NCBI GenBank assembly: GCA_964016885.1
Contig: OZ024752.1
Span: 14,880,001-14,944,000, forward strand
Reading direction: 5' to 3'
Length of the DNA: 64,000 nt
From: Eledone cirrhosa
Lineage: Eukaryota
The translations under genes and the position numbers were made by a program. Positions 1-15,000 of the stretch are shown one piece after another (within the stretch, counting starts at the first letter, position 1; the number at the start of each line of letters is the position of its first letter). The notes beneath the pieces were generated by a model, which did not search any database, was not told the DNA's origin, and saw only the letters and a program-made list of their open reading frames with translations.

Positions 1-3000
1 TAGGCTAAACAATGTTTAACGCCATAGCCTAAACAGTGTTTAACGCCATAGCCTAAACAGTGTTTAACGCCATAGCCTAAACAGTGTTTAACGCCATAGC
101 CTAAACATTGTATAACGCCATAGCCTAAACAGTGTTTAACGCCATAGCCTAAACAGTGTTTAACGCCATAGCCTAAACAGTGTTTAACGCCATAGCCTAA
201 ACAGTGTTTAACGCCATAGCCTAAACAGTGTTTAACGCCATAGCCTAAACAGTGTTTAACGCCATAGCCTAAACAGTGTTTAACGCCATAGCCTAAACAG
301 TGTTTAGCGCCATAACCTAAACAGTGTTTAACGCCATAGCCTAAACAGTGTTTAACGCCATAGCCTAAACATTGTTTAACGCCATAGCCTAAACAGTGTT
401 TAACGCCATAGCCTAAACAGTGTTTAACACCATAGCCTAAACAGTGTTTAACGCCATAGCCTAAACAGTGTTTAACGCCGCAGCCTAAACAGTGTTTAAC
501 GCCATAGCCTAAACATTGTTTAACGCCATAGCCTAAACAGTGTTTAACGCCATAGCCTAAACAGTGTTTAACGCCATAGCCTAAACAGTGTTTAACGCCA
601 TAACCTAAACAGTGTTTAACGCCATAGCCTAAACAGTGTTTAACGCCATAGCCTAAACAGTGTTTAACGCCATAGCCTAAACAGTGTTTAACGCCATAGC
701 CTAAATAGTGTTTAACGCCATAGCCTAAACAGTGTTTACCGCCATAACCTAAACAGTGTTTAACGCCATAGCCTAAACAGTGTTTAACGCCATAGCCTAA
801 ACATTGTTTAACGCCATAGCCTAAACAGTGTTTAACGCCATAGCCTAAACAGTGTTTAACACATATAGCCTAAACAGTGTTTAACGCCATAGCCTAAACA
901 GTGTTTAACGCCACAGCCTAAACAGTGTTTAACGCCATAGCCTAAACAGTGTTTAACGCCATAGCCTAAATATTGTTTAACGCCATAACCTAAACAGTGT
1001 TTAACGCCATAGCCTAAACAATGTTTAACGCCATAGCCTAAACAGTGTTTAACGCCATAGCCTAAACAATGTTTAACGCCATAGCCTAAACAGTGTTTAA
1101 CGCCATAGCCTAAACAGTGTTTAACGCCATAGCCTAAACAGTGTTTAACGCCATAGCCTAAACATTGTTTAACGCCATAGCCTAAACAGTGTTTAACGCC
1201 ATAGCCTAAACAGTGTTTACCGCCATAGCCTAAACAGTGTTTAACGCCATAGCCTAAACAGTGTTTAACGCCATAGCCTAAACAGTGTTTAACGCCATAG
1301 CCTAAACAGTGTTTAACGCCATAGCCTAAACAGTGTTTAACGCCACAGCCTAAACAGTGTTTAACGCCATAGCCTAAACATTGTTTAAGGCCATAGCCTA
1401 AACAGTGTTTAACGCCATAGCCTAAACAATGTTTAACGCCATAGCCTAAACAGTGTTTAACGCCATAGCCTAAACAATGTTTAACGCCATAGCCTAAACA
1501 GTGTTTAACGCCATAGCCTAAACAGTGTTTAACGCCATAGCCTAAACAGTGTTTAACGCCATAGCCTAAACATTGTATAACGCCATAGCATAAACAGTGT
1601 TTAACGCCATAGCCTAAACAGTGTTTAACGCCATAGCCTAAACAGTGTTTAACGCCATAGCCTAAACAGTGTTTAACGGCATAGCCTAAACAGTGTTTAA
1701 CGCCATAGCCTAAACAGTTTTTAACGCCATAGCCTAAACAGTGTTTAACGCCATATCCTAAACAGTGTTTAACGCCATAGCCTAAACAGTGTTTAACGCC
1801 ACAGCCTAAACAGTGTTTAACGCCACAGCCTAAACAGTGTTTAACGCCATAGCCTAAACATTGTTTAACGCCATAGCCTAAACAGTGTTTAACGCCATAG
1901 CCTAAACAGTGTTTAACGCCATAGCCTAAACAATGTTTAACGCCATAGCCTAAACAATGTTTAACGCCATAGCCTAAACAGTGTTTAACGCCATAGCCTA
2001 AACAGTGTTTAACGCCATAGCCTAAACAGTGTTTAACGCAATAGCCTAAACTGTGTTTAACGCCATAGCCTAAACAGTGTTTAACGCCATAGCATAAACA
2101 GTGTTTAACGCCATAGCCTAAACAGTGTTTAACGCCATAGCCTAAACAGTGTTTAACGCCATAGCCTAAACAGTGTTTAACGCCATAGCCTAAACATTTT
2201 TTAACGCCATAGCCTAAACAGTGTTTAACGCCATAGCCTAAACAGTGTTTAACGCCATAGCCTAAACAGTGTTTAACGCCATAGCCTAAACAGTGTTTAG
2301 CGCCATAACCTAAACAGTGTTTAACGCCATAGCCTAAACAGTGTTTAACGCCATAGCCTAAACATTGTTTAACGCCATAGCCTAAACAGTGTTTAACGCC
2401 ATAGCCTAAACAGTGTTTAACACCATAGCCTAAACAGTGTTTAACGCCATAGCCTAAACAGTGTTTAACGCCACAGCCTAAACAGTGTTTAACGCCATAG
2501 CCTAAACATTGTTTAACGCCATAGCCTAAACAGTGTTTAACGCCATAGCCTAAACAAAGTTTAACGCCATAGCCTAAACAGTGTTTAACGCCATAGCCTA
2601 AACAGTGTTTAACGCCATAGCCTAAACATTGTTTAACGCCATAGCCTAAACAGTGTTTAACGCCATAGCCTAAACAGTGTTTAACGCCATAGCCTAAACA
2701 GTGTTTAACGCCATAGCCTAAACAAAGTTTAACGCCATAGCCTAAACAGTGTTTAACGCCATAGCCTAAACAATGTTTAACGCCATAGCCTAAACAGTGT
2801 TTAACGCCATAGCCTAAACAGTGTTTAACGCCATAGCCTAAACATTGTTTAACGCCATAGCCTAAACAGTGTTTAACGCCATAGCCTAAACAGTGTTTAA
2901 CGCCATAGCCTAAACAGTGTTTAACGCTATAGCCTAAACAGTGTTTACCGCCATAGCCTAAACAGTGTTTAACGCCATAGCCTAAACAGTGTTTAACGCC

Positions 3001-6000
3001 ATAGCCTAAACATTGTTTAACGCCATAGCCTAAACAGTGTTTAACGCCATAGCCTAAACAGTGTTTAACGCCATAGCCTAAACAGTGTTTAACGCCACAG
3101 CCTAAACAGTGTTTAACGCCATAGCCTAAACATTGTTTAACGCCATAGCCTAAACAGTGTTTAACGCCATAGCCTAAACAATGTTTAACGCCATAGCCTA
3201 AACAGTGTTTAACGCCATAGCCTAAACAATGCTTAACGCCATAGCCTAAACAGTGTTTAACGCCATAGCCTAAACAGTGTTTAACGCCATAGCCTAAACA
3301 GTGTTTAACGCCATAGCCTAAACATTGTATAACGTCATAGCCTAAACAGTGTTTAACGCCATAGCCTAAACAGTGTTTAACGCCATAGCCTAAACAGTGT
3401 TTAACGTCATAGCCTAAACAGTGTTTAACGCCATAGCCTAAACAGTGTTTAACGCCATAGCCTAAACAATGTTTAACGCCATAGCCTAAACAGTGTTTAA
3501 CGCCATAGCCTAATCAGTGTTTAACGCCATAGCCTAAACAGTGTTTAACGCCATAGCCTAAACATTGTTTAACGCCATAGCCTAAACAGTGTTTAACGCC
3601 ATAGCCTAAACAATGTTTAACGCCATAGCCTAAACAGTGTTTAACGCCATAGCCTAAACAGTGTTTAACGCCATAGCCTAAACAATTTTTAACGCTATAG
3701 CCTAAACAATGTTTAACGCCATAGCATAAACAATGTTTAACGCCATAGCCTAAACAATGTTTAACGCCATAGCCTAAACAGTGCTTAACGCCATAGCCTA
3801 AACAGTGTTTAACGGCATAGCCTAAACAGTGTTTAACGCCATAGCCTAAACAGTGTTTAACGCCATAGCCTAAACAGTGTTTAACGCCATAGCCTAAACT
3901 GTGTTTAACGCCATAGCCTAAACTGTGTTTAACGCCATAGCCTAAACAGTGTTTAACGCCATAGCCTAATCAGTGTTTAACGCCATAGCCTAACCAATGT
4001 TTAACGCCATAGCCTAAACAATGTTTAACGCCATAGCCTAAACAGTGTTTAACGCCATAGCCTAAACAGTGTTTAACGCCATAGCCTAAACAGTGTTTAA
4101 CGCCATGGCCTAAACAGTGTTTAACGCCATAGCCTAAACAGTGTTTAACGCCATAGCATAAACAGTGTTTAACGCCATAGCCTAAACAGTGTTTAACGCC
4201 ATAGCCTAAACAGTGTTTAACGCCATAGCCTAAACAGTGTTTAACGCCATAGCCTAAACAGTGTTTAACGCCATAGCCTAAACAGTGTTTAACGCCATAG
4301 CCTAAACAGTGTTTAACGCCATAGCCTAAACAGTGTTTAACGCCATAGCCTAAATAGTGTTTAACGCCATAGCCTAAACAGTGTTTAGCGCCATAACCTA
4401 AACAGTGTTTAACGCACTAGCCTAAACAGTGTTTAACGCCATAGCCTAAACATTGTTTAACGCCATAGCCTAAACAGTGTTTAACGCCATAGCCTAAACA
4501 GTGTTTAACACATATAGCCTAAACAGTGTTTAACGCCATAGCCTAAACAGTGTTTAACGCCACAGCCTAAACAGTGTTTAACGCCATAGCCTAAACAGTG
4601 TTTAACGCCATAGCCTAAATATTGTTTAACGCCATAACCTAAACAGTGTTTAACGCCATAGCCTAAACAATGTTTAACGCCATAGCCTAAACAGTGTTTA
4701 ACGCCATAGCCTAAACAATGTTTAACGCCATAGCCTAAACAGTGTTTAACGCCATAGCCTAAACAGTGTTTAACGCCATAGCCTAAACAGTGTTTAACGC
4801 CATAGCCTAAACAGTGTTTAACGCCATAGCCTAAACAGTGTTTAACGCCATAGCCTAAACAGTGTTTAACGCCATAGCCTAAACAGTGTTTAACGCCATA
4901 GCCTAAACAGTGTTTAACGCCATAGCCTAAACAGTGTTTAACGCCATAGCCTAAACAGTGTTTAACGCCATAGCCTAAATAGTGTTTAACGCCATAGCCT
5001 AAACAGTGTTTAACGCCATAGCCTAAACAATGTTTAACGCCATAGCCTAAACAGTGTTTAACGCCATAGCCTAAACAATGTTTAACGCCATAGCCTAAAC
5101 AGTGTTTAACGCCATAGCCTAAACAGTGTTTAACGCCATAGCCTAAACAGTGTTTAACGCCATAGCCTAAACATTGTTTAACGCCATAGCCTAAACAGTG
5201 TTTAACGCCATAGCCTAAACAGTGTTTACCGCCATAGCCTAAACAGTGTTTAACGCCATAGCCTAAACAGTGTTTAACGCCATAGCCTAAACAGTGTTTA
5301 ACGCCATAGCCTAAACAGTGTTTAACGCCATAGCCTAAACAGTGTTTAACGCCACAGCCTAAACAGTGTTTAACGCCATAGCCTAAACATTGTTTAAGGC
5401 CATAGCCTAAACAGTGTTTAACGCCATAGCCTAAACAATGTTTAACGCCATAGCCTAAACAGTGTTTAACGCCATAGCCTAAACAATGTTTAACGCCATA
5501 GCCTAAACAGTGTTTAACGCCATAGCCTAAACAGTGTTTAACGCCATAGCCTAAACAGTGTTTAACGCCATAGCCTAAACATTGTATAACGCCATAGCAT
5601 AAACAGTGTTTAACGCCATAGCCTAAACAGTGTTTAACGCCATAGCCTAAACAGTGTTTAACGCCATAGCCTAAACAGTGTTTAACGGCATAGCCTAAAC
5701 AGTGTTTAACGCCATAGCCTAAACAGTTTTTAACGCCATAGCCTAAACAGTGTTTAACGCCATAGCCTAAACAGTGTTTAACGCCATAGCCTAAACAGTG
5801 TTTAACGCCACAGCCTAAACAGTGTTTAACGCCACAGCCTAAACAGTGTTTAACGCCATAGCCTAAACATTGTTTAACGCCATAGCCTAAACAGTGTTTA
5901 ACGCCATAGCCTAAACAGTGTTTAACGCCATAGCCTAAACAATGTTTAACGCCATAGCCTAAACAATGTTTAACGCCATAGCCTAAACAGTGTTTAACGC

Positions 6001-9000
6001 CATAGCCTAAACAGTGTTTAACGCCATAGCCTAAACAGTGTTTAACGCAATAGCCTAAACTGTGTTTAACGCCATAGCCTAAACAGTGTTTAACGCCATA
6101 GCATAAACAGTGTTTAACGCCATAGCCTAAACAGTGTTTAACGCCATAGCCTAAACAGTGTTTAACGCCATAGCCTAAACAGTGTTTAACGCCATAGCCT
6201 AAACATTTTTTAACGCCATAGCCTAAACAGTGTTTAACGCCATAGCCTAAACAGTGTTTAACGCCATAGCCTAAACAGTGTTTAACGCCATAGCCTAAAC
6301 AGTGTTTAGCGCCATAACCTAAACAGTGTTTAACGCCATAGCCTAAACAGTGTTTAACGCCATAGCCTAAACATTGTTTAACGCCATAGCCTAAACAGTG
6401 TTTAACGCCATAGCCTAAACAGTGTTTAACACCATAGCCTAAACAGTGTTTAACGCCATAGCCTAAACAGTGTTTAACGCCACAGCCTAAACAGTGTTTA
6501 ACGCCATAGCCTAAACATTGTTTAACGCCATAGCCTAAACAGTGTTTAACGCCATAGCCTAAACAAAGTTTAACGCCATAGCCTAAACAGTGTTTAACGC
6601 CATAGCCTAAACAATGTTTAACGCCATAGCCTAAACAGTGTTTAACGCCATAGCCTAAACAGTGTTTAACGCCATAGCCTAAACATTGTTTAACGCCATA
6701 GCCTAAACAGTGTTTAACGCCATAGCCTAAACAGTGTTTAACGCCATAGACTAAACAGTGTTTAACGCCATAGCCTAAACAAAGTTTAACGCCATAGCCT
6801 AAACAGTGTTTAACGCCATAGCCTAAACAATGTTTAACGCCATAGCCTAAACAGTGTTTAACGCCATAGCCTAAACAGTGTTTAACGCCATAGCCTAAAC
6901 ATTGTTTAACGCCATAGCCTAAACAGTGTTTAACGCCATAGCCTAAACAGTGTTTAACGCCATAGCCTAAACAGTGTTTAACGCTATAGCCTAAACAGTG
7001 TTTACCGCCATAGCCTAAACAGTGTTTAACGCCATAGCCTAAACAGTGTTTAACGCCATAGCCTAAACATTGTTTAACGCCATAGCCTAAACAGTGTTTA
7101 ACGCCATAGCCTAAACAGTGTTTAACGCCATAGCCTAAACAGTGTTTAACGCCACAGCCTAAACAGTGTTTAACGCCATAGCCTAAACATTGTTTAACGC
7201 CATAGCCTAAACAGTGTTTAACGCCATAGCCTAAACAATGTTTAACGCCATAGCCTAAACAGTGTTTAACGCCATAGCCTAAACAATGCTTAACGCCATA
7301 GCCTAAACAGTGTTTAACGCCATAGCCTAAACAGTGTTTAACGCCATAGCCTAAACAGTGTTTAACGCCATAGCCTAAACATTGTATAACGTCATAGCCT
7401 AAACAGTGTTTAACGCCATAGCCTAAACAGTGTTTAACGCCATAGCCTAAACAGTGTTTAACGCCATAGCCTAAACAGTGTTTAACGCCATAGCCTAAAC
7501 AATGTTTAACGCCATAGCCTAAACAGTGTTTAACGCCATAGCCTAATCAGTGTTTAACGCCATAGCCTAAACAGTGTTTAACGCCATAGCCTAAACATTG
7601 TTTAACGCCATAGCCTAAACAGTGTTTAACGCCATAGCCTAAACAATGTTTAACGCCATAGCCTAAACAGTGTTTAACGCCATAGCCTAAACAGTGTTTA
7701 ACGCCATAGCCTAAACAATTTTTAACGCTATAGCCTAAACAATGTTTAACGCCATAGCATAAACAATGTTTAACGCCATAGCCTAAACAATGTTTAACGC
7801 CATAGCCTAAACAGTGCTTAACGCCATAGCCTAAACAGTGTTTAACGGCATAGCCTAAACAGTGTTTAACGCCATAGCCTAAACAGTGTTTAACGCCATA
7901 GCCTAAACAGTGTTTAACGCCATAGCCTAAACAGTGTTTAACGCCATAGCCTAAACAGTGTTTAACGCCATAGCCTAAACAGTGTTAAACGCCATAGCCT
8001 AAACATTGTTTAACGCCATAGCCTAAACAGTGTTTAACGCCATAGCCTAAACAGTGTTTAACGCCATAGCCTAAACAATGTTTAACGCCATAGCCTAAAC
8101 AATGTTTAACGCCATAGCCTAAACAGTGTTTAACGCCATAGCCTAAACAGTGTTTAACGCCATAGCCTAAACAGTGTTTAACGCAATAGCCTAAACTGTG
8201 TTTAACGCCATAGCCTAAACAGTGTTTAACGCCATAGCATAAACAGTGTTTAACGCCATAGCCTAAACAGTGTTTAACGCCATAGCCTAAACAGTGTTTA
8301 ACGCCATAGCCTAAACAGTGTTTAACGCCATAGCCTAAACATTTTTTAACGCCATAGCCTAAACAGTGTTTAACGCCATAGCCTAAACAGTGTTTAACGC
8401 CATAGCCTAAACAGTGTTTAACGCCATAGCCTAAACAGTGTTTAGCGCCATAACCTAAACAGTGTTTAACGCCATAGCCTAAACAGTGTTTAACGCCATA
8501 GCCTAAACATTGTTTAACGCCATAGCCTAAACAGTGTTTAACGCCATAGCCTAAACAGTGTTTAACACCATAGCCTAAACAGTGTTTAACGCCATAGCCT
8601 AAACAGTGTTTAACGCCACAGCCTAAACAGTGTTTAACGCCATAGCCTAAACATTGTTTAACGCCATAGCCTAAACAGTGTTTAACGCCATAGCCTAAAC
8701 AAAGTTTAACGCCATAGCCTAAACAGTGTTTAACGCCATAGCCTAAACAATTTTTAACGCTATAGCCTAAACAATGTTTAACGCCATAGCATAAACAATG
8801 TTTAACGCCATAGCCTAAACAATGTTTAACGCCATAGCCTAAACAGTGCTTAACGCCATAGCCTAAACAGTGTTTAACGGCATAGCCTAAACAGTGTTTA
8901 ACGCCATAGCCTAAACAGTGTTTAACGCCATAGCCTAAACAGTGTTTAACGCCATAGCCTAAACAGTGTTTAACGCCATAGCCTAAACAGTGTTTAACGC

Positions 9001-12000
9001 CATAGCCTAAACAGTGTTAAACGCCATAGCCTAAACATTGTTTAACGCCATAGCCTAAACAGTGTTTAACGCCATAGCCTAAACAGTGTTTAACGCCATA
9101 GCCTAAACAATGTTTAACGCCATAGCCTAAACAATGTTTAACGCCATAGCCTAAACAGTGTTTAACGCCATAGCCTAAACAGTGTTTAACGCCATAGCCT
9201 AAACAGTGTTTAACGCAATAGCCTAAACTGTGTTTAACGCCATAGCCTAAACAGTGTTTAACGCCATAGCATAAACAGTGTTTAACGCCATAGCCTAAAC
9301 AGTGTTTAACGCCATAGCCTAAACAGTGTTTAACGCCATAGCCTAAACAGTGTTTAACGCCATAGCCTAAACATTTTTTAACGCCATAGCCTAAACAGTG
9401 TTTAACGCCATAGCCTAAACAGTGTTTAACGCCATAGCCTAAACAGTGTTTAACGCCATAGCCTAAACAGTGTTTAGCGCCATAACCTAAACAGTGTTTA
9501 ACGCCATAGCCTAAACAGTGTTTAACGCCATAGCCTAAACATTGTTTAACGCCATAGCCTAAACAGTGTTTAACGCCATAGCCTAAACAGTGTTTAACAC
9601 CATAGCCTAAACAGTGTTTAACGCCATAGCCTAAACAGTGTTTAACGCCACAGCCTAAACAGTGTTTAACGCCATAGCCTAAACATTGTTTAACGCCATA
9701 GCCTAAACAGTGTTTAACGCCATAGCCTAAACAAAGTTTAACGCCATAGCCTAAACAGTGTTTAACGCCATAGCCTAAACAATGTTTAACGCCATAGCCT
9801 AAACAGTGTTTAACGCCATAGCCTAAACAGTGTTTAACGCCATAGCCTAAACATTGTTTAACGCCATAGCCTAAACAGTGTTTAACGCCATAGCCTAAAC
9901 AGTGTTTAACGCCATAGCCTAAACAGTGTTTAACGCCATAGCCTAAACAAAGTTTAACGCCATAGCCTAAACAGTGTTTAACGCCATAGCCAAAACAATG
10001 TTTAACGCCATAGCCTAAACAGTGTTTAACGCCATAGCCTAAACAGTGTTTAACGCCATAGCCTAAACATTGTTTAACGCCATAGCCTAAACAGTGTTTA
10101 ACGCCATAGCCTAAACAGTGTTTAACGCCATAGCCTAAACAGTGTTTAACGCTATAGCCTAAACAGTGTTTACCGCCATAGCCTAAACAGTGTTTAACGC
10201 CATAGCCTAAACAGTGTTTAACGCCATAGCCTAAACATTGTTTAACGCCATAGCCTAAACAGTGTTTAACGCCATAGCCTAAACAGTGTTTAACGCCATA
10301 GCCTAAACAGTGTTTAACGCCACAGCCTAAACAGTGTTTAACGCCATAACCTAAACATTGTTTAACGCCATAGCCTAAACAGTGTTTAACGCCATAGCCT
10401 AAACAATGTTTAACGCCATAGCCTAAACAGTGTTTAACGCCATAGCCTAAACAATGCTTAACGCCATAGCCTAAACAGTGTTTAACGCCATAGCCTAAAC
10501 AGTGTTTAACGCCATAGCCTAAACAGTGTTTAACGCCATAGCCTAAACATTGTATAACGTCATAGCCTAAACAGTGTTTAACGCCATAGCCTAAACAGTG
10601 TTTAACGCCATAGCCTAAACAGTGTTTAACGCCATAGCCTAAACAGTGTTTAACGCCATAGCCTAAACAATGTTTAACGCCATAGCCTAAACAGTGTTTA
10701 ACGCCATAGCCTAATCAGTGTTTAACGCCATAGCCTAAACAGTGTTTAACGCCATAGCCTAAACATTGTTTAACGCCATAGCCTAAACAGTGTTTAACGC
10801 CATAGCCTAAACAATGTTTAACGCCATAGCCTAAACAGTGTATAACGCCATAGCCTAAACAGTGTTTAACGCCATAGCCTAAACAATTTTTAACGCTATA
10901 GCCTAAACAATGTTTAACGCCATAGCATAAACAATGTTTAACGCCATAGCCTAAACAATGTTTAACGCCATAGCCTAAACAGTGCTTAACGCCATAGCCT
11001 AAACAGTGTTTAACGGCATAGCCTAAACAGTGTTTAACGCCATAGCCTAAACAGTGTTTAACGCCATAGCCTAAACAGTGTTTAACGCCATAGCCTAAAC
11101 AGTGTTTAACGCCATAGCCTAAACAGTGTTTAACGCCATAGCCTAAACAGTGTTAAACGCCATAGCCTAAACAGTGTTTAACGCCATAGCCTAAACAGTG
11201 TTTAACGCCATAGCCTAAACAGTGTTTAACGCCATAGCCTAAACAGTGTTTAACGCCATAGCCTAAACAGTGTTTAACGCCATAGCCTAAACTGTGTTTA
11301 ACGCCATAGCCTAAACAGTGTTTAACGCCATAGCATAAAGAGTGTTTAACGCCATAGCCTAAACAGAGTTTAACGCCATAGCCTAAACAGTGTTTAACGC
11401 CATAGCATAAACAGTGTTTAACGCCATAGCCTAAACAGTGTTTAAAGCCATAGCCTAAACAGTGTTTAACGCCATAGACTAAACAGTGTTTAACGCCATA
11501 GCCTAAACAGTGTTTAACGCCATAGCCTAAACAGTGTTTATCGCCATAGCCTAAACTGTGTTTAACGCCATAGCCTAAACAGTGTTTAACGCCATAGCAT
11601 AAAGAGTGTTTAACGCCATAGCCTAAACAGTATTTAACGCCATAGACTAAACAGTGTTTAACGCCATAGCATAAACAGTGTTTAACGCCATAGCCTAAAC
11701 AGTGTTTAAAGCCATAGCCTAAACAGTGTTTAACGCCATAGCCTAAACAGTGTTTAACGCCATAGCCTAAACAATGTTTAACGCCATAGCCTAAACAGTG
11801 TTTAACGCCACAGCATAAACAGTGTTTAACGCCATAGCCTAAACAGTGTTTAACGCCATAGTATAAATAGTGTTTAACGCCATAGCCTAAACAGTGTTTA
11901 ACGCCATAGCCTAAACAATGTTTAACGCCATAGCCTAAACAGTGTTTAACGCCATAGCCTAAATAGTGTTTAACGCCATAGCCTAAACAGTGTTTAACGC

Positions 12001-15000
12001 CATAGCCTAAACAGTGTTTAACGCCATAGCCTAAACAGTGTTTAACGCCATAGCCTAAACAATGTTTAACGCCATAGCCTAAACAGTGTTTAACGCCATA
12101 GCCTAAACAGTGTTTAACGCCATAGCCTAAACAGTGTTTAACGCCATAGCCTTAACATTGTTTAACGCCATAGCCTAAACAGTGTTTAACGCCATAGCCT
12201 AAACAGTGTTTAACGCCATAGCCTAAACTGTGTTTAACGCCATAGCCTAAACAGTGTTTAACGCCATAGCATAAAGAGTGTTTAACGCCATAGCCTAAAC
12301 AGAGTTTAACGCCATAGCCTAAACAGTGTTTAACGCCATAGCATAAAGAGTGTTTAACGCCATAGCCTAAACAGTGTTTAAAGCCATAGCCTAAACAGTG
12401 TTTAACGCCATAGCCTAAACAGTGTTTAACGCCATAGCCTAAACAGTGTTTAACGCCATAGCCTAAACAGTGTTTAACGCCATAGCCTAAACTGTGTTTA
12501 ACGCCATAGCCTAAACAGTGTTTAACGCCATAGCATAAAGAGTGTTTAACGCCATAGCCTAAACAGTGTTTAACGCCATAGACTAAACAGTGTTTAACGC
12601 CATAGCATAAACAGTGTTCAACGCCATAGCCTAAACAGTGTTTAAAGCCATAGCCTAAACAGTGTTTAACGCCATAGCCTAAACAGTGTTTAACGCCATA
12701 GCATAAAGAGTGTTTAACGCCATAGCCTAAACAGTGTTTAACGCCATAGACTAAACAGTGTTTAACGCCATAGCATAAACAGTGTTTAACGCCATAGCCT
12801 AAACAGTGTTTAAAGCCATAGCCTAAACAGTGTTTAACGCCATAGCCTAAACAGTGTTTAAGGCCATAGCCTAAACAATGTTTAACGCCATAGCCTAAAC
12901 AGTGTTTAACGCCATAGCATAAACAGTGTTTAACGCCATAGCCTAAACAGTGTTTAACGCCATAGTATAAATAGTGTTTAACGCCATAGCCTAAACAGTG
13001 TTTAACGCCATAGCCTAAACAATGTTTAACGCCATAGCCTAAACAGTGTTTAACGCCATAGCCTAAACAGTGTTTAACGCCATAGCCTAAACAGTGTTTA
13101 ACACCATAGCCTAAACAATGTTTAACGCCATAGCCTAAACAATGTTTAACGCCATAGCCTAAACAGTGTTTAACGCCATAGCCTAAACAGTGTTTAACGC
13201 CATAGCCTAAACAGTGTTTAACGCCATAGCCTTAACATTGTTTAACGCCATAGACTAAACAGTGTTTAACGCCATAGCCTAAACAGTGTTTAACGCCATA
13301 GCCTAAACTGTGTTTAACGCCATAGCCTAAACAGTGTTTAACGCCATAGCATAAAGAGTGTTTAACGCCATAGCCTAAACAGAGTTTAACGCCATAGCCT
13401 AAACAGTGTTTAACGCCATAGCCTTAACATTGTTTAACGCCATAGCCTAAACAGTGTTTAACGCCATAGCCTAAACAGTGTTTAACGCCATAGCCTAAAC
13501 TGTGTTTAACGCCATAGCCTAAACAGTGTTTAACGCCATAGCATAAAGAGTGTTTAACGCCATAGCCTAAACAGAGTTTAACGCCATAGCCTAAACAGTG
13601 TTTAACGCCATAGCATAAAGAGTGTTTAACGCCATAGCCTAAACAGTGTTTAAAGCCATAGCCTAAACAGTGTTTAACGCCATAGCCTAAACAATGTTTA
13701 ACGCCATAGCCTAAACAGTGTTTAACGCCATAGCCTAAACAGTGTTTAACGCCATAGCCTAAACAGTGTTTAACGCCATAGCCTTAACATTGTTTAACGC
13801 CATAGCCTAAACAGTGTTTAACGCCATAGCCTAAACAGTGTTTAACGCCATAGCCTAAACTGTGTTTAACGCCATAGCCTAAACAGTGTTTAACGCCATA
13901 GCATAAAGAGTGTTTAACGCCATAGCCTAAACAGAGTTTAACGCCATAGCCTAAACAGTGTTTAACGCCATAGCCTTAACATTGTTTAACGCCATAGCCT
14001 AAACAGTGTTTAACGCCATAGCCTAAACAGTGTTTAACGCCATAGCCTAAACTGTGTTTAACGCCATAGCCTAAACAGTGTTTAACGCCATAGCATAAAG
14101 AGTGTTTAACGCCATAGCCTAAACAGAGTTTAACGCCATAGCCTAAACAGTGTTTAACGCCATAGCATAAAGAGTGTTTAACGCCATAGCCTAAACAGTG
14201 TTTAAAGCCATAGCCTAAACAGTGTTTAACGCCATAGCCTAAACAGTGTTTAACGCCATAGCCTAAACAGTGTTTAACGCCATAGCCTAAACTGTGTTTA
14301 ACGCCATAGCCTAAACAGTGTTTAACGCCATAGCATAAAGAGTGTTTAACGCCATAGCCTAAACAGTGTTTAACGCCATAGACTAAACAGTGTTTAACGC
14401 CATAGCATAAAGTGTTCAACGCCATAGCCTAAACAGTGTTTAAAGCCATAGCCTAAACAGTGTTTAACGCCATAGCCTAAACAGTGTTTAACGCCATAGC
14501 ATAAAGAGTGTTTAACGCCATAGCCTAAACAGTGTTTAACGCCATAGACTAAACAGTGTTTAACGCCATAGCATAAACAGTGTTTAACGCCATAGCCTAA
14601 ACAGTGTTTAAAGCCATAGCCTAAACAGTGTTTAACGCCATAGCCTAAACAGTGTTTAAGGCCATAGCCTAAACAATGTTTAACGCCATAGCCTAAACAG
14701 TGTTTAACGCCATAGCATAAACAGTGTTTAACGCCATAGCCTAAACAGTGTTTAACGCCATAGTATAAATAGTGTTTAACGCCATAGCCTAAACAGTGTT
14801 TAACGCCATAGCCTAAACAGTGTTTAACGCCATAGCCTAAACAGTGTTTAACGCCATAGCCTAAACAGTGTTTAACGCCATAGCATAAACAGTGTTTAAC
14901 GCCATAGCCTAAACAGTGTTTAAAGCCATAGCCTAAACAGTGTTTAACGCCATAGCCTAAACAGTGTTTAACGCCATAACCTAAACAATGTTTAACGCCA

